Shown here: positions 28,801 through 40,360 of the stretch, piece after piece
Layout of the letters: each line of letters starts with the position of its first letter
Position numbering within the stretch: position 1 is the stretch's first letter
Source: Perna viridis
Lineage: Eukaryota
Assembly: GCA_037379345.1 (NCBI GenBank)
Contig: CM074517.1
Location: 30,132,001 to 30,196,000 of the forward strand
Length of the DNA: 64,000 nt
Direction of reading: 5' to 3'
The notes under the pieces: generated by a model
Database searches by the model: none
The model's input: only the letters and a program-made list of their open reading frames with translations
Told to the model about the DNA's origin: nothing
Made by a program: the position numbers and the translations under genes

Positions 28801-29168
28801 TATTCCTATTAGAAGGATTTGTATCAAGACAATCAATCTTTGACAAATGAATGCGTGAAAAAGCGAAGACCATAGTCTTATTTCACTTGTATTTTTCACA
28901 ATGATTTTAAATAAATAGGAATAAAAGATAGCATAAACTTTGTTGAAGACAGACACCGACAAAAAATAGAACAAAAATTAATCTGTGGAAGGTATGGTTG
29001 ATAAAAATCAGAACAATGTGTTAACTTTAAAAGAAAAACTTAAATGCAACAACTCACCACTTGTTCAATGCGTTGAACTTACCATGCAGTTTTAAATAGA
29101 CAACACTTTGTGAATACAAGTTAGTAACTACAATATTGTTTACGTGTTAGAATAGTGGTTGATTACTT

Positions 29169-29377
29169 CGGGTGAAAAGCAGAGGACGCTTACCCTACCA
29201 GTATACCTGGTCCACGGTCCGAGTTGCTCATTTAGTTGTGTTTCTTTTGTACAGATTATTTTGAACATATTTAATTTATGTTCTTTGTTTTGTTTGTGTG
29301 TTTTTCCTGTCTGGTCGTTGTCCCTGGATTGTGTCCGTTTGATTTTCGGTAGAATCTTGGTTCTCTTGATTACTCTT
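29169..29377 (+). mobile_element. 3'-end fragment, same family
   Basis: gaaaagcagaggacgcttaccctaccagtatacctggtcca...agaatcttggttctcttgattactctt. Confidence 0.75.
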
Positions 29378-30302
29378 CGACATACTTTGTGCTTACATGT
29401 GTATATGCTATTCGACATTATTAGACTAATGAAGTACACATATTTCATGACCTTGTTAACATGTGTACTGTACAAATTTAATACTTGATATTTTATAACA
29501 TATGTACTGTAAAATGTAATATGTAATATTTGATTTCTGATTTGTGTACTGCACAATGAAATATCTGATTTTGTTATTTACATATGTTGTGAACTCACAA
29601 AAGGGCATAATGTACTGAATACTCTGTAGAATAGGCTAAGAATATGAATGAAGATATTTATTTGACAACATTTATTCATTTGAAGTCATTTCCTTTCATC
29701 TGATATATCTTTGAAGTGAACTTGTTTTCATGTCTGTTGACTATAACTGTTTTAAGACCTTTAGATAAAGATAACGTTCTATTTATAGAACAGAAAAAAA
29801 TAATAAAAAAACTCAGACGACACTGTCTGCGAATATGGATGCCACCTGCCAAATGTGTAATATATTGTATTTAAACTACAAACTAATCCCGGTCAGTGAT
29901 TATTCTGGATTCAGACCACATCAGGAAATTAACGTTTTGTATCTTCCATAGAACTGCGCAGTTAAATCAAGATGCGCACGTCATATATTTTTAACATTAA
30001 CAAACTATCTTAGTTGTGTTTCTTCTTGTTTAAGTTAGCACTAAAGGACCAAACTTGCATTGGATCGAAACTAAACTTATTTTGAATAAAGTTGTTTTTT
30101 TCAGTTGTTTTAAGAACAAATACTTTCTCTTTTATTAGAAATTGAATTTAATTGCACAAATCCTGATTAGTAACTCCTGTCGGTGAAATATTACAGCGTA
30201 TTCTGTTATAATGAGGCTTGTTTGTGTCGGAAAGAGATACGTGGCTAAATATGGTTGGCAATGACACGTAAATTTGGAGATTAGGAACATACTGAATATT
30301 AC

Positions 30303-30810
30303 AAGTCAAAATCTGTATCCAATGCGGTATCAATCCGAGACTCCGGCCCATGGGGGTGATATAGGTCGAGGGTTGGTACCACATGTGTGATACAGATTTT
30401 GACATGACATATCATGTTCATAATATCATATGTTTTAACTATACTTAAAGGTCCGTGAAAGGGTGCGATATAGGGTTTTCTAAATAAGTCTAGGTATGTG
30501 GTATAGGGTATACGATATAGGGTAGATGATATAGGGCTAGGGGTGTGATATAGGGTAGATGATATAGGGCTAGGGGTGTGATATAGGGTATGTGATATAG
30601 GGTAGATGATATAGGGCTAGGGTGTGATATAGGGTATGTGATATAGGGTAGATGATATAGGGCTAGGGGTGTGATATAGGGTATGTGAAATAGGGTAGAT
30701 GATATAGGGCTAGGGGTGTGATATAGGGTAGATGATATAGGGCTAGGGGTGTGATATAGGGTAGATGATATAGGGTTTAAACAAAGACTTATAATGCATA
30801 TACACAAAAA
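30303..30810. repeat. Hairpin plus GATATAGGG minisatellite element, copy with expanded array (array ~30465-30775)
   Basis: Imperfect inverted repeat 30305-30403, then roughly 20 GATATAGGG cores with alternating TAGAT / CTAGGGGTGT / TATGT spacers. Flanks shared with 45108-45643. Confidence 0.85.
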
Positions 30811-31029
30811 TATTAATTTATATATAAATTTTATTCAAATTATGTGATATAAACTAATAAAACCATGTTCTATCACTTTAAATGATCTATTTGTCTACAA
30901 TGATTACACATCACATTGTACTATATCACAAATCGGAATTTAAAATGACAAAATATAACATTCTTACATCTGGCTCTTTCTTCACTAATACCATTACGAA
31001 CAAACGAGAAACTTTTGTTTCATTTTACT

Positions 31030-31154
31030 TGTTAGTTTGGTCATTTAATGTTTTGCTTTTTGTGTCTTTTTTATTTTCTAGTGTAACAGTCAGTATTTAT
31101 ACCTAGAGAACAGTCGTTTGACTTCCGCTAGAAACTTGGTTCCCTTGATCACTC
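31030..31154 (+). mobile_element. 3'-terminal fragment, same family
   Basis: ttccgctagaaacttggttcccttgatcactc terminus; the left boundary is uncertain. Confidence 0.55.
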
Positions 31155-31903
31155 GTACACATTCCTAATTTTCACATCAATACTGCATGCAATTTGTACT
31201 ACATAAAACTTTTATTCCTAATAAGTTTTCGAAAATTCTATATTTGATCGGTTTTATTATGAATCAAACTTTTCTTTAACCTACATCTTCTCTTTGACAA
31301 CGTCTACGAAATATATCTTTCACAGATATATGAATATAAACATTATTTTGAATAATCATAAAAATATCATATAATGGTTTAAGTAAACACAACCCAAAAC
31401 ATTCTTTACGATATTTTGTATTTTATCTGTAAAATAAAAACAAATAAGTTTTACTTAAACAGAATATTTGACTAACTATTAAAAGATCTGAAATTTAAAT
31501 TGAATTTCAACAGAAGTTCTGTATAGGAAAAATTTAATTTCTGTACTTGCTTGATTAATAAATGAATATAAAAATAAATCAAAAGCGCAAACATATCTGT
31601 GCATTTGTTTTGACATTTCAAAATATAATTATCGATAGGACTATATAACGCTGGTTTCAATTGCCATAGAATGTTTTCTACAAAGCAATTTATATAAACC
31701 CTGATGTTTAAAAAAAAAACAATTCGAATTCTATGTTGGTCAAGTACAAAGGTAACAATCTTTATTCAATTAGCAGTTATGAAATGAGAATCAAGTAAAC
31801 ACAGGGCACAGAATGTAAAGAAAGTCGTTTAAATGATTTAGAAAGTATTTACCATGAAAACTGTTCAAACAGGAAAACATTAAAGAAACGAATGGAATAA
31901 TGC

Positions 31904-32187
31904 AAGAATAATCAAGGGATCAGGATTCAAGCGGAAATCAAAATAATTTAATCTAAGAATGACAACCAGACAGAGAAAACAGACAAACACAACAAATAAC
32001 ATGAAAAAACAAAAATAACACGTACAAAGAAACAAAAGAAAATTTCAACTCGGAGTAAAAACTTGGAGCATGAACCCCTTCAAGTGGCTCATAAAATGTC
32101 AAGTTCGGGGTCAACGAAAAAGGAAAGGTAAACAAATCGTTTCTCATGGTGCAGATAGATACATAGTAACAATCAACGAGATCATAC
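31904..32187 (-). mobile_element. 3'-end fragment, same family (diverged, deleted)
   Basis: aagaataatcaagggatcaggattcaagcggaaatc...; the minus-strand peptide DLVDCYYVSICTMRNDLF matches the ORF C-terminus seen at 52810-52904. Confidence 0.7.
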
Positions 32188-34219
32188 AGCAATGAAAATA
32201 ACTGCTTACCTTCTTTCAAAATATTATCTGATTCTTGAAATATACAAGTACACAGTGGTGAACTCCGAGGTCAATGTTTACATTTTCTTTTACTGACATA
32301 TATTACTGACATAGATGAAAATTGTTTTCGTTCCCAATGGAAAGAGAAGCAGATATAATGAAACGCAACAAATATACCTCCGTATAACCTTTATAAAAAT
32401 AGCACAAAGAAAACATATTAATCACCAAATGGTCTTCTACAAGTGTATACACAAGATTAACTTAGAATAAAAAGCCCGACAATAAAAGTAATTAAATCCA
32501 TGGTAACAGAACGATGACACTTCTTCAAAATAAAGAAAAATGGCTCATCTAATGCTGATACATAGCTAGGGTCTTAAAATAATGATAAAAATGAGGTTGA
32601 AACAATAATAAATATAGCTGGCATAACATGAAGGAACATCAATTAAATTCAGAAAAATATTAATTATAATTGACTTTAATATCTTGAACAAAATAATAAC
32701 TACAATTTCTTAGTTGATGTTGACTATTTCCTGTCATAAACACACACTGTCATGTTTTAACATTTTCTCTTGATTCCAAGTACAACGAGCATTTAAACAT
32801 CAGAGAATATGGGCTATTAGGGAGTTAGGAGCTGTAAAAAAGTTATCTAGAACAATCTCCACAAAATGGATATTGCTTGTATTCGTTCCTTTTAGGAACA
32901 TGCATGGAAAGGTATTTAGGGATGCTTGTAGCTCCACCGAATTATTGTAAAATAGATGAAATACAATTAGCACTTATGATGGTAACATATTTATCACGAT
33001 TTACTTCAATAGTGACATATTTCATCAACCGCTACAGGATCGAAGACGAAAAAGGAAACTTTGCCTTTTTTATACAATATTAATCAAAAACTTACTCTGC
33101 AGCACAAACTTGATGTTTTTCACCTTCAGCTCAATGTGAAGTTATGTTTATACGAAGAGTTCCTGCTTGATCGCTCTCTGCACCATTGAAAAATTTAAGT
33201 TTTCATGTAACTGCATAAAAATAACTTCCTATTCAAACACACAAGATAAAATTGGCTGATTTGTACAATCTACAAAGGTGCAGATAACTTTTTCAAGATA
33301 TATGAATGATTCATCATGGTTTCGCCCTTTTTGCTTAAATATTTATGTCACTTCCTTTTATTGCTTTAAAAATATTTATATTGATAGTATTTTTATTTGC
33401 TTCATTTGAGTGATGAAAAAGCTTGATTTCAAATATGTTTTGCCTTCATTTTTTGGAACTCGCTATTGTTACCGACATGTCATCATCTTTTAAATTAAAC
33501 TGACATACCGGTCGAGTTTACGTGGGTGTTGCCAGTTCACCGCTTGTTCTTTGCTTTTGGGACATTTTGTGGGAAAGGTAGGACATATGATATATAGATA
33601 TAACTAGTAAGTTAAAGTCAATAAACTATACAAGCTATACTGAACTTATCTATAGGGCTGGGTATATAGGCAATAACACTGTATCGACTTGAAATAAAAA
33701 CAATATACGGATTAAGCATAAAATCGAGATTAATCGCGAGGATTCGCCGAGTGTTTTATTTTTTGTTTTGTTTTTCAGTTCGTGCCGAATTCGTATATTG
33801 TTTATATTTCTAGTAAATTTACTGTTATTATCATTATACTGCAATCTTAATCACTTTTTAAATCAAATTAAATTAATAAACCACGTTTTTATAACATTTT
33901 TCGCCATTAGCGACCCCCTGTATTGACGCTACGATAAACAGGTAGATCGTGCAAGGGTGGAAAAGTAGGCGGAGCCAAAGTGCTATGTTCTATCTGTGAT
34001 CGTATATCACCACTGAATATATTGTCAATACATTTTCTTTACTCAAATAAAACGATTGCAGTTTAAACGTTTGCCACAAACAAGAGACTTTGCAATGACA
34101 ATAATAAATCTACCCCGAACACACACAAATTCAAAATAAATGACCGGGCAATATGAACATTGAAAAGACAAGGATTATTAAAAAAGAATTCTAGAAATGT
34201 AACTTAAATATAACGGAAA

Positions 34220-34700
34220 AAGGCATGGTGTATATATCAAAGAGACAATAACCCCACCATGATGAAAATGTCAGCCCAAGGCCTCCCATTTGTCTTAAAT
34301 GAGCGACGAAGAAATCTTCATACCACTGGGCCGGCTGCAGCTGCCCCCGAAACATCATTATACGCTGGTACAGCGACGGAGTTGCCTCTATATACACAAG
34401 TAACATAAAAAGTAAACTAAATATGAAAACGAAACAAGACATACAAAGGTTAGAAATTCCTGACTTAAGACAAGTGAAAAAAATGCAGCGGGGTTAAAGT
34501 ACTTTGGCGTGATTACAAACCTTTCCTTTTAAAATGTGGCACCTGTGGGGAAAAATATCAAACAATTAAATACGCCTTAAACAGACCGGAGAGGTATGAA
34601 TCCCTTGTTATAACGGAAATAAAAACTGAATATAAATACACAAATGTACGAATTACGGACTACTAGCAGTTAACTGACATACCAGCTCCAGACCAGTTTA
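34220..34700 (-). mobile_element. SINE-like repeat with twister-like core (copy C, related subfamily)
   Basis: Minus strand of 34457-34528 reads aaggaaagg...tttaaccccgctgcatttttttcacttgtcttaagtcaggaa, within a locally GC-richer segment; boundaries uncertain. Confidence 0.45.
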
Positions 34701-35637
34701 GACCTACAAAGAATTATTTCCCCATCGTATGTAAAATCAATCCCAGTTCTTAGAGTACATTTGGATTGGATGACAAGCTGTATCTTCTTCGGGTCAAAAC
34801 TTGAGCAATATTACTAGTGGAAAATTTACTGGTCGCAAGTGTAAAAAAACTTATTAGTAGTGATCTCAATTTATGATCGAACGCGTCGGTGTGATTACAT
34901 TAGTTGCCGAGAATAATTCATTTTATTAAACCGTAGTAGACCTATAATCCGAAAAAAATATCTAGAGTAACGGAAACTTCTAAAAGATGCTGCACGTGCT
35001 AAAAACGTGACTAACAACTAACGAAAAGTGAATAAACCTGAAGGGTCTTCTAGTTATTTTCAATTTATTCTTAGCATGTATTAAACTAAAGCTTTATTTA
35101 ATCTTAGAATTTATTCCGCCCTAAATTGGTTTGGATTAGACATTTTCTGTATAAGTAACATAAGGAGTAAAAAACACCATTACCAGACTGATAGGCAAAA
35201 ATATCAGGCAATAGTCAAAAGGTATAGTCAGAAGAACAAATGTCCATATAACAGATGGTAATATCAGGGCAAAACGGGGGAGTTGTAATTGAAATGGCCC
35301 CGACTTAGTACAGACATTTGCGATGGAAATTGTTGGTTCATCCAAGTTTTATGGCATGCTGAAACTCCCTCTTCAATGACGGTAAATTGTACCAGTAAAT
35401 TGAAATATAAACAGGCGGCACGAAATTGCCGCTTGGCAAACTTGGTAAAATGTTACAAAATATCGACTTCTGAAACTTTTCAAAACGAAACAATCAATGA
35501 AGTTTAAAAGCATCTATTTTTTTCAACGCTCCTTTATTCGTTTATGTATCAATTAATGTTCTTTGTACTAAACCATGCGGCACGAAGATTTGAATATCCT
35601 AAAAGATATCGCATATGCCATAACCAGAATGTTTGAC

Positions 35638-35780
35638 CTGGGTAAGGTTTCATAAATCATCTCATAATGAGATCTTCCTCAAATTCTTACTCAACTCAAA
35701 TTACGACAAATCAGATCACTTGAAATTGAAGATTTCAGCAAAATCTCAACTTGAGATTTTTTTATGAAACACAGACCGGA
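35638..35780. mobile_element. Possible degenerate MITE
   Basis: gtttcataaatcatctc and gagattttttt(t)atgaaac inverted ends. Confidence 0.35.
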
Positions 35781-37479
35781 GATTTAAGTATAGTACTGTC
35801 TAAAAACCCGGCAGTGGTGATTCAAGTTTTATAAAGATATTTGGTAAAACTGTTCAAATACATTTGTTACGTCTTAAACAACTATTTCTATGTTCATTTC
35901 CTGGGATATGCTATATATCGTAGAGTATTTTGACTGGTTATAGTGTAAAAATTCTGGTGGGGAAATTGTCCAGTACTTTTCTGTAGAAGAATGTAACCGA
36001 ATTGTAAGTATTATCTCAAGCAGTTCCCATAAGGCCTACTGAAGGATTTCCAATCAAAAATTATTTTGGATTGAGAACTGCATGTATCTCTAATGATAAG
36101 CATCTGTCTTGGTTTAAGGCTGAGCTCTTCTTAAATCAATCGTTTGTGATCGCCTTTATTAATCTAATAAAATATAAACAATTTGCACTTGAAACGTTGC
36201 AGAGAATGCTTAACTAAATGGCAAAATAGTTTCACAGTTATGTTAACGTAATTATTAATTCATCGAAGGAATATGAGTTGATAAGGGCTCCAAAATGGTT
36301 TGCCAATGAGAACTTCAATACGTTTTTCGTTGACCTTATGTGAAGACACATTTTAGAAATTTCGAACAATTTCACATCACTTCCTTCTTATGAAAAGAGT
36401 TATAGTCATTAATCAATGGTTTCATTTAGTGTTAGCAGAATCCAGTGTAAAAAATGTTCCCGTTACAATTTCTATCTGTAAGCTTGTTTACAAGGTTTAT
36501 TCTCATTAGCTTGATAAATCTCGATGAAATCTTTCCAACAACATCATTTATTTACCTGTATTTTATAAGGAAATTTAAAAATAAATAAATAAATAAATAG
36601 TCGCAAATCCTCGAAATTTTATAAAAAATACTCTATATTAATAACCAATAGTGATGTATTTGTAATTGCTTAAAATGTGACTAGGCAAAATTGGAGTACT
36701 TGACGTTTTGAAGTAGTCAATTTTACAAAATAGAATAGTCTTTTGGACAAAAACAGAAAGAAAAAGTACAATATGTAAAAATGAAGGCAGGCAACAATTA
36801 AAAAATAATGTGAAGTCTGTTTGCCATGACATTCCAGCTATATACAGTGTAATTGGAAAGAAATGAATAAGGCGAAATACCAGATATACAAAAGAGGGGT
36901 AAAAAAATGCAAGAACGGAAAAGGACATCAACCGAAAAAACACTGAAAAGAACATCATGAACACAACTTTATTCATTGTAAAAATGCACTTAACAGTTTA
37001 ATAATTACTTTGAATAACAATAGAAAATTGATGCCATGGTTTCCCAGAAAATATGGATATAGTTCTGAATCGATCAAATTAATTACCTTATGGGCATTTG
37101 CAAATCATTTTAAAAGACAGTTTCCTTTCTCGATGATGAAGATTATTTCATCATGACACCTGAAAGTCTTCTTAAAGAGAAATTAGTTATACTTAGTTTT
37201 AAGTATTTCTGGGCTGTAATTATTGTTACTGCACCCAAGTGTATGAAGAATTATGTTTTATTGAATCAGCTCACTGATATAAAATGTTTTCCCCCGTTGA
37301 TCGATTGTCAAAAAGTGCTTTGTTTGAATAAAACCAAAGATAAAGTTGACTGGAAACTAATTTAAATCGCAAGTTTTTTTTTCTTATTTACGGAATTAAA
37401 AAAAACACGCAGGTTGATGGTCTTTTAACCAAAAGTAGATAAATTTGATGTTAAAAACTGCGAAATAAAAAATATGCAA

Positions 37480-37565
37480 AAACGAATTAAGTAACGAAAT
37501 TAACAAATATTTTATGTTTCAAACGAATTAATTAACGAAATTAACAAATATTTTATGTTTCAAAC
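37480..37565. repeat. 41-bp tandem duplication
   Basis: aacgaattaa(g/t)taacgaaattaacaaatattttatgtttca x2. Confidence 0.9.
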
Positions 37566-39733
37566 TTATTCTGTATGTGCTGATTTGGCATTTTGAGATA
37601 ATTGAACAAAATATGAAATGTTGAAACAACCATCAAGAACATGTCTACTTCTTTTACAAAGGTCAAACCATTTACGGTACCATATGCTGTCAACGTGACT
37701 TGGGTTATATCGGTTACTGGTAAAGATACCACACATTGCATTTAAAAACTTAGCTTCAATGTAACATAGAACCAATATTAAATGTCATGCGAAGCCGAAT
37801 GCAATGTTTTATCGGATATTGTTTTCTTTTATCGGTGTATTTTTTAAGATTTCTTCTATAGGCACACTTTGCACTGTTGTGGTTTTATAAAGTTCTATTG
37901 GTTATATTTACCACAAACGTTCAAATAATTAGTTTATCTCATCGTCGCCAATTTATATATTTATCTTTAAAGATCACGAGATTTGATTGTTCAGTATTTT
38001 AGAAAAGTAAATCGTATTTCTTTATTCTTCTTTAATTTTTATTTACGCCTCTGAATATCCTAAAAGTTAACTTGTCGCATTTATACTATTCCGATTAACT
38101 TATGCCTGCTGCACTCATGAAATGAAAGCGTAATTCTATGTGATTTCCACAGCAGCCGTTCTCATTAATTGTATTGTAGAATATGCTATAGCCCCGATAC
38201 TTAAACTACTGTATTTTTATTAGTAATTTATAGGATGGTTCTTAAAATTTAATTCTTGTTCCACAGAAATTATCTTGATTCAATGTGTGATCACTCAAAT
38301 GCCAAGGGCAAATAGTAATTACGCTTAAGTTATTCAATTCCATGGAAAAAATCAGCTTTCTAGTTGACTTTCTAGCTGACGAGCTTCTTCCCTATTTAAT
38401 AAGACAGCTATGGTAATGTTTCTTGATGCATTTTTTATGCCCTCTTTATCTTCGGCCGACACATCTACACTTAACGCATGTAAAACATTACTTACTTTAC
38501 TCTCAATAATTTTGTTTAAATATTGCATATTTGATAATCTGCAAAACATTAAATACAATAAAAATTTGATGTGTTACGAGGAAAAAAATATATTTATATG
38601 TTTATAAAATTGAAAAAATCATATAGTTAATGAGTTAGCCGACAGTCAAACTGACAACCATATGTGGGAATCCCTATAAAATGTTTTGCGTCATCGTCCA
38701 TTTAGTTTTTCGCACTTTAAGGATTTTGTTATATCGTTTTCCGTGTATTTGTTTTATTAACATGCACTGGTTAACCACAGCATTGATTATGCTATGCATT
38801 TTTCATATTTCTCTAAAAATAAGTTCTGTTTTGAAGTATCGTGTACTTTCCTAAGTATATGCACCAAGTACAAGTAAGATTTTGCTAAATTGAGTAATTG
38901 ACCTTAGAAGCATGCAAATGAAGAAAATGAAAGATTTTTTTAAACGTAAAGTTACATATTCATGAAACATATCGACAAATTTTTAATAAGTAATGGAGTT
39001 GAGTAAGGGTAACAACAACATTAATAAACACGTCTCCGATTTATAATCAAGTCAAGTCCAAAATAAATCTGGCAAAATAATAGATATTACACCAACTGAG
39101 CATCTGGTACCGCAATGGTCCTAATATAATACATGCATTACAGACGAAATTGTTGGTTAAATCTAGGTTTTACAGCGCACCAATCCTCCCTCTTCCTCTT
39201 TCATTACCTGGGATGTTACTATCAACGCTCAATACCTTAATAAGTCAATTGAGGTAATGCACTTTACAAACAAAAAAATGTTGTTTGAAGCTTTGTCTAC
39301 AGGAATGATAACATATTTCTTATGTAGTGAGGTAAGACATTCTCACGATCGTTGAATACGGACTTTCTGGAGATTTTCAATATGATTCCCTGCCAACAAT
39401 CGGAAAGCACGTTTCAGATGGAAAACAGTTTAGTTGAGTATCTCTTTTTTATTGCCTTTTTATTTGTTTGTTTATGTTTTACAGACATTATACTATGTAA
39501 CCAAAAATTTTGTTCTCCACGTTATCAAAAGTTTTCATGACACTTTAAGTTTCGGAAATAATAACGGGCCACGTTGGATAACGCGGTTGAACGGCGGACA
39601 TCGCAGGGCACGTCGTCGGGCCATGGTAGCGGAAGCCTCTCGGGCCAAGTCTCAGGTGTTTGTGCTATTTACAAAAAGTAACAAAAATACGAACTTGTTT
39701 CCCTTTTTTGATTAATAAGAACACTTTTATTCA

Positions 39734-39891
39734 ATAGACTCTTTTGTAGTATTTGAAGGGCTTGCTCAATTTTCACTTCTGTGAGTTAAATGCTATCAAT
39801 GTTCATTCAACTTTTTAGCGGTTACTCTCCTATTTACAACGCGGAAATACTAACGGAGAGTGCCGAGAAAACTAGTACAAAAGGGTCCATA
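39734..39891. mobile_element. Small MITE-like element (~157 bp)
   Basis: aatagactcttttgtagta and tagtacaaaagggtccata are inverted repeats (15/19 match). Confidence 0.45.
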
Positions 39892-40278
39892 CAGCTTTTA
39901 ATATTTTTATTTTTATTTTTTTAATGTTAAATTCACATCTTCTTGTTAATCAAGATAAGCTAAAGTCAAAGCGATGTTATATCATTTACCTAAAAAATCA
40001 ACATCACTGACATTCTGTTAACAGATATACTAATGTTTCTTTGAACGTCTTATGGAAATCATTCTTCTGAATTACACATTTTTGGCCTTTTGATCGTTTG
40101 TTTATTTATTCGACCGTAATACACCGTGATTCTCTGGAGCTCCTCAATTGTAAACGTTTATTAACTGTATTGTAAAAAAAACGTGTAACTTTTATATTCC
40201 CAGCTGTCAAAGATGGTCTCCATTCCTACCACAACACTTGTTATTCCCGCAGTGGTATTAATTCAATGTGGATCTGTT

Positions 40279-40360
40279 TGTCTGTTTTCCATATCTGGTC
40301 TTTGTCCCTGGATTACATTCGTTTGATTTCCGCCAGATCCTTGTTCCTTTTATTACTCTC
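40279..40360 (+). mobile_element. 3'-terminal fragment, same family
   Basis: tctggtctttgtccctggattacattcgtttgatttccgc. Confidence 0.65.

Noticed and set aside
30490-30807. 105-aa repetitive ORF
   Set aside because: It is a translation of the GATATAGGG minisatellite.
33950-33985. GC-box-like AGGCGGAGC as a promoter
   Set aside because: A single short motif with no supporting exon or start-site evidence.
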